IMG/VR virus record: IMGVR_UViG_3300048502_000015 | Coordinates: 64,001 to 128,000 of that record | Source of the DNA: a virus | Taxonomy: Duplodnaviria > Caudoviricetes | Direction: 5' to 3' (one strand) | Length of the DNA stretch: 64,000 nt | Part shown: positions 45,491 to 53,886 of the stretch, piece by piece | Layout of the letters: each line of letters starts with the position of its first letter | How positions within the stretch are numbered: position 1 is the stretch's first letter | The notes under the pieces: generated by a model | The model's input: the letters and a program-made list of their open reading frames with translations, nothing else | What the model was told of the DNA's origin: nothing | Databases searched by the model: none | Position numbers and translations under genes: made by a program

Positions 45491-45850
45491 CGTATTCTAT
45501 TTACAAAAACGCTTCTAACGACGTTATTAGCCACATTTTCATTTCATGGGCATCACCATAAGCCGCATCATCATAAGATCAGTTATGGACCCCCGGTTGT
45601 ATTGGATACAACCTCGTACTGCCAAGGGAGTATTACTTCTTCTGGCATTCACCCCTATCTAGGGGAAGTGGCAAATAACATTTGGCCTCTCGGAACAAAA
45701 GTAAAGGTTTGGCCTCCGGTTTATGGCCTAACTCACTTTGTTATCGAAGACCATATCGGTTGGGGAAGTCAGATGGATTTCTACAACCCCTCTTGCGGCG
45801 CTGCGATTCAGTATGGTCGTAGAACCGAATCTGTGAGAGTTGCCAAGTAG
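45452..45850 (+). CDS. Secreted 3D (Asp-Asp-Asp) domain cell-wall protein; start uncertain (TTG 45452 or ATT 45488)
   Basis: TSYC...TSSG...PLGTKV...EDHIG...MDFY...AIQYGRR; signal-like N-terminus and His-rich linker. Confidence 0.75.
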   Translation: MFYKTTIRTDDFIRILFTKTLLTTLLATFSFHGHHHKPHHHKISYGPPVVLDTTSYCQGSITSSGIHPYLGEVANNIWPLGTKVKVWPPVYGLTHFVIEDHIGWGSQMDFYNPSCGAAIQYGRRTESVRVAK

Positions 45851-45852
45851 TC

Positions 45853-45927
45853 TGCTATACTAGGATTGTATTAGTTCCTAAGGGCAGCAGGAGGGGTGCG
45901 CATTCCTTAAACGCACAATTTCTTTTT
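45853..45927 (+). ncRNA. Candidate small non-coding RNA
   Basis: TG-C-TATACT promoter, no usable ORF, and a GTGCG/CGCAC hairpin followed by a T-rich tract. Confidence 0.3.
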
Positions 45928-45960
45928 GATTATAGTCTTTCTTTATGCTATAATACACCT
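45926..45960 (+). promoter_or_regulatory. Strong sigmaA promoter; leaderless
   Basis: TTGATT, 17 nt, TATAAT with an extended TG, then 6 nt to ATG 45961. Confidence 0.8.
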
Positions 45961-47385
45961 ATGAGCAACTTCCTCCCCACTCCAGAGCAGCAGGCAGCCC
46001 TCGACGCATTTGCTACAGGCGAGAACATGGTCATTCAGGCCGGTGCAGGAACCGGCAAGACCTCAACGCTTCGCCTTCTGGCAGAGTCCACAAGTAAATC
46101 AGGACTATACTTGGCCTACAACAAGGCAATCCAGCTTGATGCTGCTAAGGATTTCCCGGAGTCCTGCCAATGCAAGACGGCTCACTCGCTTGCCTACGGT
46201 GGTGTCATTCGGATGCCGAACGGTAAGTCCCTTCTGAACCGCCTCCGTGCTCCTCGCGTCACTTCCAAGCAGGCCGTTTCGATCCTTGGAATTCCCTCTG
46301 GCGGATTTCAGATCAGCAACGATCAGAACCTTGCCGCTTGGATCATCGCTCGCGCAGCGATGGATACGGTCAAGAACTTCTGCAACAGCGCCGACACCGA
46401 GGTTGACAAGAAGCACGTTGCTAAGATCGACGGGGTTGAGGATCACGCTTCTCTCGCCTCCTACGTGGCTCCGTTTGCTGCTAAGGCTTGGGCCGACCTG
46501 AACAACAAGGACGGCCAGCTTAAGTTCGACCACGATCACTACCTCAAGATCTGGGCGCTGTCTAACCCCAAGCTGAACGCCGATTACATCCTCTTTGATG
46601 AGGCTCAGGATGCCAACCCGGTCATCGTCGGAATCCTGAAGAACCAGGATGCCCAGCTTGTAGCGGTTGGCGATGAGGCTCAGGCCATCTACGGCTGGAG
46701 AGGCGCAGTTGACGCGATGCACGCCTTCGACGCTAAGCACCGTGTAACGCTCTCTCAGAGCTTCCGCTTCGGTCCTGCGGTTGCTGAGCAGGCCAACAAG
46801 TACCTTGACCTTCTTGACGCTCCGCTGCGTCTGAGCGGCTTCGATAAGGTCAACTCAACGGTCGAGATCCTTTCGGACCCCGATGCAATCCTCTGCCGCA
46901 CGAATGCAGCGGTTTTCGAGTACGCAATGAACTTCCAGGCCGATGGCAAGAAGGTTGCAATCGTCGGAGGGGCAACCGAGATCAAGAACTTTGCTTTCGG
47001 CGCTCTTGCTCTGATGAAGGGCGAGACTACTAGCCACCCCGACCTGTCGGCTTTCGCTAACTGGGCCGAGGTTAACGAGTACGTCGGCAGCGACGAGGGC
47101 AAGGATCTCAAGGTCATGGTCAACATGGTCAACATGTACGGGGTCGGCGCAATCCTCGACGTTTGCAACAACTCTGTTGACGAGTCCTCAGCCGATCTAA
47201 TTGTTTCTACCGCCCACAAGAGCAAGGGCCGGGAATGGAATAAGGTTCGAATTGGACGGGACTTCAAGGCTCCTGAGAGCGGTGTTCCGAGCCGTCAGGA
47301 TCTTATGTTGCTATATGTCTCTGTAACCCGTGCCAAGATCGTCCTTGACGCCTCTGCACTCTCCTGGGTAGATGATCTCTCATGA
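45961..47385 (+). CDS. UvrD/Rep-like SF1 helicase
   Basis: AGAGTGKT, LAYN, TAHSLA, DEAQD, VGDEAQAIYGWRGA, SFRFG, STAHKSKGRE and YVSVTRA motifs. Confidence 0.93.
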   Translation: MSNFLPTPEQQAALDAFATGENMVIQAGAGTGKTSTLRLLAESTSKSGLYLAYNKAIQLDAAKDFPESCQCKTAHSLAYGGVIRMPNGKSLLNRLRAPRVTSKQAVSILGIPSGGFQISNDQNLAAWIIARAAMDTVKNFCNSADTEVDKKHVAKIDGVEDHASLASYVAPFAAKAWADLNNKDGQLKFDHDHYLKIWALSNPKLNADYILFDEAQDANPVIVGILKNQDAQLVAVGDEAQAIYGWRGAVDAMHAFDAKHRVTLSQSFRFGPAVAEQANKYLDLLDAPLRLSGFDKVNSTVEILSDPDAILCRTNAAVFEYAMNFQADGKKVAIVGGATEIKNFAFGALALMKGETTSHPDLSAFANWAEVNEYVGSDEGKDLKVMVNMVNMYGVGAILDVCNNSVDESSADLIVSTAHKSKGREWNKVRIGRDFKAPESGVPSRQDLMLLYVSVTRAKIVLDASALSWVDDLS

Positions 47386-47564
47386 TCGAAAATCCCTTTG
47401 AGTTGCCTCCATATCCGTGTCCTCGATGTAAAGAGGTTCATGATCCAGTGGTGGAGTGTGAAATCAAATACCCGCAGCCATGCATCGGATGCGGAAAATT
47501 TGTAGGAAAGAAGTCCCGTTATTATAATCAATGCGCCGATTGCGCCGATGACTGGAGCTACTAA
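47382..47564 (+). CDS. Small Cys-rich zinc-binding protein
   Basis: CPRC, CIGC and CADC motifs. Confidence 0.55.
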   Translation: MIENPFELPPYPCPRCKEVHDPVVECEIKYPQPCIGCGKFVGKKSRYYNQCADCADDWSY

Positions 47565-47565
47565 G

Positions 47566-47886
47566 ATGAGCTACGCCCGAGCACAAGCTGAATACGACCG
47601 CCAGGGACCACCGGAACCCGATGGCTACCATGATGCTAATGGGGAGCCAATTGACAAGGGAGACAGGGTGCGGATTGCCGGTCCTCATAAGATCCCCTCG
47701 CCGGAATCGTCAGGAGTAATCCTCTCAATCAGTGACCCAGATGGCGATGTTGATGATGAGGGTCGTTCGGTCTATTATCCGCCGCGAGTAACCGTTCTGT
47801 TTGATATTGGGGATGAGGATTACTTCCTTGGATATCATGTTTACGGCGACGATGGCTTCACGTTCGAAGATCTGGTGAAACTGTAA
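47566..47886 (+). CDS. Hypothetical protein (SH3/KOW-like)
   Basis: DANGEPIDKGDRVRI motif. Confidence 0.6.
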   Translation: MSYARAQAEYDRQGPPEPDGYHDANGEPIDKGDRVRIAGPHKIPSPESSGVILSISDPDGDVDDEGRSVYYPPRVTVLFDIGDEDYFLGYHVYGDDGFTFEDLVKL

Positions 47887-48344
47887 TGGGTAAAATCCGC
47901 CGTATTCGTTACGGGCCATATCATAAGGTGTTAAACGAGAATCCTTATCGAGATCAATCTAAAGATCCGCAGTACGATCATCGGAACGTTACGGTAATCA
48001 ATACCTACGAGGAAGCCTTTATTCGCCAGCTTAGTAGGGATGGCATAGGATGGAATCCAGGCGGGGCATACCAGCTATGTATCCCGTTTCCTAATCTAGA
48101 AACAGGGTCGATGATCGATGTTGACGGAGATCGAGCCATCATTCGAGTTGAAATGGTAGGAGCTTCTGTGAATCTTTTCTATCACGACAGTCCAAGTTAT
48201 AAGGGGTTTGTTTCAAAAGAAAATCTAGTCCGCGAAGAAGAATATCGCAAAGGAAATATCTTCTCAGCCTACGATAAAGATCAAAATCTCGATTATGAAT
48301 TTGTCTTAGAAGAATGGTTCGTGTTAACGCAGGACGAAACCTGA
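47886..48344 (+). CDS. Hypothetical protein
   Basis: 152 aa; TAATG coupling. Confidence 0.6.
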   Translation: MGKIRRIRYGPYHKVLNENPYRDQSKDPQYDHRNVTVINTYEEAFIRQLSRDGIGWNPGGAYQLCIPFPNLETGSMIDVDGDRAIIRVEMVGASVNLFYHDSPSYKGFVSKENLVREEEYRKGNIFSAYDKDQNLDYEFVLEEWFVLTQDET

Positions 48345-48356
48345 TATACTATAGAT

Positions 48357-49514
48357 ATGAATATTAAGCCAATGAAGGCCCAAGCCGTTGATGTTCTTCC
48401 TGATGGTCCGTACATCATGGAGCCGAAATTTGATGGCTGGCGAGCACTTGCAGTCTCGACTCAAGCTGGCGTCATCCTCTACACGAATACCGGCAAGACC
48501 ATCGATTCGGTTCCCTATATCAACGACGCTCTGAAGAACCTTCCTGTCGGGACCATTGTAGACGGCGAGATTGTCGATCTTGCTGGCGATACCCAGTGGA
48601 ATCGGACGCAGACGATTTGTTCTCGTTATGCCGCTCATGTTCCTACCGCTTCTGATCCGGCTCTGAGCTATGTCCTTTTTGACATTCTGGCTCTTGGAAT
48701 GGTGGACTACAAGAACGAGCGTTTGGGTTTCCGGAAGTCACGTTTGGACGACCTATTTCGTCTTCTTTCTCTTGGCGGCGTCATTGGACAGGTTCCGACC
48801 TGGGATGTCTCGCAAGATGTCCTCGACCACCTTGTTATTGTTAAGGGGTTCGAAGGCGTTGTTTGCAAGCACCTTGATTCTAAGTACGTCCCCGGTTCTC
48901 GCAATCGTGGCTGGGTCAAGATCAAGCCTTACAAGGAGATCGACGTTCTTTGCACCGGAACTTTCCCGGCAAAAGAGGGAAGCAAGTACGACGGCAACGC
49001 CGTTGGCGGAATCACCTTCCGAGTTGTCCATGAAGATGGAACGGTCTACGAGGATGGACAGGCTGCCGGGATGGACGACTTCCTTCGAACGGACCTTTAC
49101 GACCATCCCGAGAAGTATGTCGGGCGCGTTGTTGAGATCAAGCATTGGGGAATTGGCAAGGATGGAGCGTTGCGTCATCCTAACTTCTACCGATTTCGTG
49201 ATGTGGCCGATAAGGGTCCTGCGGAGCTTCCTCAACCATCCGATGTCCCGCATGTTATGATGGCAGTTGGAATCTTGTCTGGGCGGGACGTTATCAAGAT
49301 CGAGAAGCCAAAGAAGGTTGCTCCGGTCCTTGGAAGCGGTCCTTCAGGTCGTATGAGGAACTATAAGGCAATGGGAGATCCTAAGCTGCTGATTGCCCTT
49401 GCCGAGCTTCGTGCAGGCGTAGGAGACTCTTACGACAGGGCCTTGAGCGGTTCAGGAGATCCTGCTGCCGATCTAAAAGTTGCCGAAGCTGAAGCTGCCG
49501 CCCGTGGATTGTGA
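48357..49514 (+). CDS. ATP-dependent DNA ligase
   Basis: EPKFDGWR (motif I), DGEI, FDIL, EGVVCK, WVKIKP and LRHPNF; leaderless after TG-A-TATACT. Confidence 0.93.
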   Translation: MNIKPMKAQAVDVLPDGPYIMEPKFDGWRALAVSTQAGVILYTNTGKTIDSVPYINDALKNLPVGTIVDGEIVDLAGDTQWNRTQTICSRYAAHVPTASDPALSYVLFDILALGMVDYKNERLGFRKSRLDDLFRLLSLGGVIGQVPTWDVSQDVLDHLVIVKGFEGVVCKHLDSKYVPGSRNRGWVKIKPYKEIDVLCTGTFPAKEGSKYDGNAVGGITFRVVHEDGTVYEDGQAAGMDDFLRTDLYDHPEKYVGRVVEIKHWGIGKDGALRHPNFYRFRDVADKGPAELPQPSDVPHVMMAVGILSGRDVIKIEKPKKVAPVLGSGPSGRMRNYKAMGDPKLLIALAELRAGVGDSYDRALSGSGDPAADLKVAEAEAAARGL

Positions 49515-49526
49515 TATACTTAAGCT

Positions 49527-50111
49527 ATGACAAATCAACCACTACTTGGCCGTTGTAAGGAATGCGATTACGCTCTCTTTGCTACCGACGAGGATCTCGT
49601 TCAAGCTGAGAGCTTCCGCGATATCAAGCAAACCGGAGTTGTTTATCGGATGCTGCTTCCGCTGGAGGCTTTCTTTGCCCGTTGTCCTCAACGGCATAAG
49701 GTCTTTGTTCTCAACCGCATCAAGGGAACCTACTCCAAGGACCACAAGTGCGATGCTCGTTGTCTGAATGCAAAGGGCCACGATTGTACTTGTTCTTGCG
49801 GCGGGGCTAATCATGGACGCGGACATACAGCCGTCCATGTGGCTACCGAAAAGGTCCAGCTACTTGTTGGCGAAGTCGGAAAGACCATCCGTGGAACAGC
49901 TAAGGTCGCCAGCAAGCGCGATATCACAGATGCCACTCTCTACACCTTTGTAAATCCCGCTGGGACCGTTACCATCAAGTGGTTCGCTCCTTCTTACGCC
50001 AATCCGGATTACGCGATTGGCCAGGAAGTGAACTTCCGCGCTCGTGTAAAGAAGCACGAGGACAACGAATACGGTAAGGCGACCATCGTGACATACCTGG
50101 AGGAAGTATAA
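49527..50111 (+). CDS. Cys-rich zinc-binding protein with a C-terminal OB fold
   Basis: CDARC...CTCSCGGANHG; FRARVKKH...TIVT; leaderless after TG-A-TATACT. Confidence 0.7.
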   Translation: MTNQPLLGRCKECDYALFATDEDLVQAESFRDIKQTGVVYRMLLPLEAFFARCPQRHKVFVLNRIKGTYSKDHKCDARCLNAKGHDCTCSCGGANHGRGHTAVHVATEKVQLLVGEVGKTIRGTAKVASKRDITDATLYTFVNPAGTVTIKWFAPSYANPDYAIGQEVNFRARVKKHEDNEYGKATIVTYLEEV

Positions 50112-50992
50112 TGATTCGAAGAATAGCTTTTATATCAATCTCGTGGGTAGCCACTTTTCTCGGACTATTAACGGTTCATTATATTGTCGCTGCTCTTGGA
50201 TTATTTTTCCTACTTAGTGGGTTTTATTCGTGGGATAATTATGCGATAAATCGTACTTTGGGAACAACTAAGAAGCGGCGATCCAAAGTAGACTACAACT
50301 ACCTATATGAGCTTGAGGAGGCCAACGGGTTTACTCATCTATACGACAGAAAGGGTAATCAGATTCAGGAGCCGGTTCCTCTGTCAGATACAGTCTTGAA
50401 AAAGATCGAGGCTAACAAAATGAGAACGCAAGATTTTCTTAAGGATCAAACTCCTCACGAAAGAAGACTGGTCGCACAGAGAAAGTTGGAAGAACTTGAA
50501 GACAACTATAAGGCTCAAAGGATTCTTATGGAAAGTATCGAGAAATATGAGGATTCAATTGCGCGGGGCCTTGCCGCTAACACTCAGTTCTTTCTAAACC
50601 GAGATAAGACATGTCATATCTGCGGAGGAAATCTTCGGACAATATATAGGGTTTCGGAACTTCCTGGAGCAGCTACATATACCAGTTGCTATCTATGTGG
50701 ATCTCATTTTAAGAATGGCCGTAAGGTGGGACAAGAGGGATCTCCTGTTAGGATTAGCGAAACCCATTACGACAATGTTCTAAACGGCTTGTCGCCCGAT
50801 GGTACTCGCCGCGAGGGAAATCCGCTGCCAAAACTTACACGGCAACAAAAGGATGAATCTATGCTCAAAACTCTTCATGAGAAGAACCGTCAAGCCTGGA
50901 GCAAAGAAGGTCTATATGTGGGCGAAAGCCATTACGACTACGACAACGATGGACGCCTTATATGGCGCGAGTCGATGGTAAGGAAGGATTAA
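50111..50992 (+). CDS. Membrane-anchored hypothetical protein with a zinc ribbon
   Basis: N-terminal TM segments; CHIC...CYLC. Confidence 0.65.
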   Translation: MIRRIAFISISWVATFLGLLTVHYIVAALGLFFLLSGFYSWDNYAINRTLGTTKKRRSKVDYNYLYELEEANGFTHLYDRKGNQIQEPVPLSDTVLKKIEANKMRTQDFLKDQTPHERRLVAQRKLEELEDNYKAQRILMESIEKYEDSIARGLAANTQFFLNRDKTCHICGGNLRTIYRVSELPGAATYTSCYLCGSHFKNGRKVGQEGSPVRISETHYDNVLNGLSPDGTRREGNPLPKLTRQQKDESMLKTLHEKNRQAWSKEGLYVGESHYDYDNDGRLIWRESMVRKD

Positions 50993-50993
50993 A

Positions 50994-51260
50994 ATGTCTA
51001 ATACAATTGTAATCAAAATTGCCCTCCACGGATTCAATGCCGACAACATCGAGTACATTATGAATGGACCGGGTTGGGAGGGCTTTACCGAAAGAGAAAA
51101 GATTGCCGGAGTTCTAGGATTGATTGATTCTACTGGACCGGCCCTGGTACTTGCTCCCGCAGGGACTCAAGATGATTTCAAGTCAACGGCGTTTGACGGA
51201 ACCATTCTTGATTTGAGAATTGAAAATCGACCAGAATTGGATGAAGAAGATGACGACTGA
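50994..51260 (+). CDS. Hypothetical protein
   Basis: 88 aa; AAGGA RBS. Confidence 0.65.
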   Translation: MSNTIVIKIALHGFNADNIEYIMNGPGWEGFTEREKIAGVLGLIDSTGPALVLAPAGTQDDFKSTAFDGTILDLRIENRPELDEEDDD

Positions 51261-51705
51261 TAGCCGACCAGAAACCCTAAAGCATATTGTAAAGGTCATG
51301 AACCTCCTCGAAGAGGTAGTGGACGAACTTCATTTGCGTGCAAAGTACCACGACAAGTCAAAGCTTGCCTCTCCCGAGGTAGAAGTCTTTGACGAATTCA
51401 CTGATAGGCTTGCGGATAGTGAATACGGCAGCGATGAGTACAATGCTAATCTGGAGGCGATGAAGCCTGCTCTGGACCACCACTATGTCGCCAATCGTCA
51501 TCATCCTCAGCATTGGATAAACGGTATCCGAGGTATGAGTCTAATCGATCTAATCGAAATGCTAGCCGATTGGAAAGCGGCTACTCTTAGAAACAAGAAC
51601 GGCAATCTTGCAGAATCCATTATCCAGAATGCTGAACGATTTGAATACGACGATCACATGGTTAATCTGCTTCTTGAAACCGCCCGAGACATGGGTTGGT
51701 TGTGA
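51250..51705 (+). CDS. HD-like domain protein (DUF5662-like)
   Basis: H...HDKSK...HHYVANRHHPQHW...DLIEMLADW. Confidence 0.75.
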   Translation: MTTDSRPETLKHIVKVMNLLEEVVDELHLRAKYHDKSKLASPEVEVFDEFTDRLADSEYGSDEYNANLEAMKPALDHHYVANRHHPQHWINGIRGMSLIDLIEMLADWKAATLRNKNGNLAESIIQNAERFEYDDHMVNLLLETARDMGWL

Positions 51706-52340
51706 TAATCAACTTACTTAACCACGTACTGTTTGTCTTTGGGACCGATCAAGTAACGTCGGCAGAGATCCTTGGGTTCATTACAGGAATCGCTTGCGTC
51801 TATTTGGTTGTCAAGGAGAACGTCCATAACTTCTGGATCGGCATTCTCAATGCCGCGTTCTTCTTGATCCTTTTCTTGAACGCTCGACTTTATGCCGATA
51901 GTGGCCTTCAAGTGATGTTTATCGTTCTCAACGCCATTGGCTGGTGGGCTTGGCTCAAAGCCGGTCCTAACAAGACTCCGTTGAAGATCAGCAACGGTCG
52001 CAAATGGGAATTGCCAGTGATCGGGATATTGGTTATCGGAATTACCGCGATCCTCTATCCGATTCTGCTTCATATCCACGATATCGCTCCCTGGTGGGAT
52101 GCCGTTACTACGGGACTCTCTGTAGGCGCTCAGTTGCTCCTTAATTGGAAGAGAATTGAGAACTGGTATATCTGGATTGCCGCAGACCTGATTTATATTC
52201 CACTGTACTTTTACAAGAACCTGTACTTAACGGGAATCGTCTATATCGGCTTCATTACTCTTTCTTGTATTGGACTTGTCGGATGGATGGCCCGAAAGAG
52301 AATTCAGAATGCCAACTTGCCAGTGTACGAATCAATCTGA
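51702..52340 (+). CDS. pnuC: Nicotinamide riboside transporter PnuC
   Basis: Multi-TM; EILGFITG, LYAD..LQ, GWWAW, WDAVTT.LSV.AQ.LL..KRIENW..WI..D. Confidence 0.93.
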   Translation: MIINLLNHVLFVFGTDQVTSAEILGFITGIACVYLVVKENVHNFWIGILNAAFFLILFLNARLYADSGLQVMFIVLNAIGWWAWLKAGPNKTPLKISNGRKWELPVIGILVIGITAILYPILLHIHDIAPWWDAVTTGLSVGAQLLLNWKRIENWYIWIAADLIYIPLYFYKNLYLTGIVYIGFITLSCIGLVGWMARKRIQNANLPVYESI

Positions 52341-52356
52341 TAGACTAAGGAGAGAT

Positions 52357-52695
52357 ATGAGTTACAGCGATAAAGAATTTCTAGAAGCAGTTAGGGACCG
52401 CCTCCTTGAAAAGGGCTGGCATTCTGGTAGGTTAGGGGGTCCTGATGGACCCAACTGCCTCGTCGGAGCAGCGATCTGGACCGATCCTCCAGAAGGGATT
52501 AAAGATGGTTGCTCAGAGGACCCGGGAGTTTACTTTGTGGTTAATGGAGAAGATTTCGTAGCAAAAGATGACAAGAATAGTAAAAGACTAGCTAGGCTTC
52601 TTGGTAGGAATTCCGTTTGGGATCTTATTTGGGCGCAGGATACTTGGGGCCAACATCGGGTAATAGCAACTCTGAATGAGGCCATAAATGCCTGA
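52357..52695 (+). CDS. Phage protein (DUF6197-like)
   Basis: GWHSG...CLVGA motif; AAGGAG RBS. Confidence 0.6.
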   Translation: MSYSDKEFLEAVRDRLLEKGWHSGRLGGPDGPNCLVGAAIWTDPPEGIKDGCSEDPGVYFVVNGEDFVAKDDKNSKRLARLLGRNSVWDLIWAQDTWGQHRVIATLNEAINA

Positions 52696-53548
52696 TATAG
52701 ACCTAGTAATCACATGGCCTAAGACTCGCCCTCTGTACTCCTATTTGAGAGAATTGTCGAAGGCCCAGGATGCTGGCGAGCTAATCAACTATAGAATTGC
52801 GCGGCCTCCTAGTGACGAATGGCGTTTGCAACTTGCCTATAGAAGTGCTCGTTGCTTTATAGTCCATGACGGGTTCATTCAAGGCTATAACCGGATTAGA
52901 GGGATTGAAGAAAAGGGAGAAAACGAGGTAACCGATCCGATTACCGGAGCATTCTGGCCTTCTGGTTGGTACATCGTTCGAGAACCAGAATGGCATCCTA
53001 TTGAGCCGATCCCGATGAAGGGATTCCGTGGCTGGCGTTACTTTGATACTCTGGAACCAGAGAAGCCCGTAGAAAGATGGACGGCAGAAGACTACGCCAA
53101 ATACTACGAGAACCCGGAGAAAATTGACTATCCGTGGATTCCAGATCAAGCAGAGATTGCCGATCCGTGGAATCCTTCGGATGAAGAGATTCAGGAGGTT
53201 ATTGACATTTTCGATAAATCCTTTCTCGGGATTGAACTAGAATCAGAACGGCTTGTTGACTGGAATCCAATTTTTGAGGAGCCAACTAGGGTCAAAAAGT
53301 ATAGGAAGAAGCCGGTTGTCATTGAGGCGCTTCTTTTAGATCACCTTACGCCGCTTGAGGATCTTCTAGATTTTCTCGGAGATACTCCATTCGAATTCGA
53401 TGATGCTGGAATCGACATCCCTACTCTCGAAGGGATCATTCACGCAAGTCCCGGAGACTACATAATTAAGGGAATCCAAAATGAGTTTTATCCCTGTAAG
53501 CCGGATATTTTCCATCAGACCTATGAGTTGGTAGAAGATGTCAGTTAG
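52688..53548 (+). CDS. Fusion of a PUA/ASCH-like domain and a PGDYG-type phage domain
   Basis: PIPMKGFRGWRYF; KYRKKPVVIEA...IPTLEG...PGDYIIKG...EFYPCKPDIF. Confidence 0.6.
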   Translation: MPDIDLVITWPKTRPLYSYLRELSKAQDAGELINYRIARPPSDEWRLQLAYRSARCFIVHDGFIQGYNRIRGIEEKGENEVTDPITGAFWPSGWYIVREPEWHPIEPIPMKGFRGWRYFDTLEPEKPVERWTAEDYAKYYENPEKIDYPWIPDQAEIADPWNPSDEEIQEVIDIFDKSFLGIELESERLVDWNPIFEEPTRVKKYRKKPVVIEALLLDHLTPLEDLLDFLGDTPFEFDDAGIDIPTLEGIIHASPGDYIIKGIQNEFYPCKPDIFHQTYELVEDVS

Positions 53549-53708
53549 TATGCAAAACAAAAGAGGAGAATGGGTTCCCGCCGTTCCTCTACCGTTTTTC
53601 TACTTTCGCAAGAAGTGTTCTTGCGGCCAGAAATTCTGGACATTAGATGGATATTACGGCCACTATGCCTGGACACACATTCTGCTAGGAGAAGAAGATG
53701 TTTCATAG
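53538..53708 (+). CDS. Small C2H2-like zinc finger protein not in the ORF track
   Basis: MSVSMQNKRGEWVPAVPLPFFYFRKKCSCGQKFWTLDGYYGHYAWTH...; fills the gap. Confidence 0.55.
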   Translation: MSVSMQNKRGEWVPAVPLPFFYFRKKCSCGQKFWTLDGYYGHYAWTHILLGEEDVS

Positions 53709-53886
53709 ACATAAGTGGACCGTTCTAAAAGTACAGCACGGAACACGCGCTTGGATTAGAACACGAGATAATTCAAAGACCGGACAATCTGAAGAATGGA
53801 CACGATCATATTTAAGATGTGAATGTTCTAAAACTAAAGTAAAGGATCAACCGGGCCGCTGGACCCTAGAGGAACTTCAAGGATGA
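53698..53886 (+). CDS. Small hypothetical protein
   Basis: HRHKW...CEC pattern; AGGAG upstream. Confidence 0.55.
   Translation: MFHRHKWTVLKVQHGTRAWIRTRDNSKTGQSEEWTRSYLRCECSKTKVKDQPGRWTLEELQG

Noticed and set aside
46105-47267. Long antisense ORFs over the helicase gene (and over the ligase gene)
   Set aside because: These are shadow ORFs caused by biased codon usage, with no motifs or expression signals.
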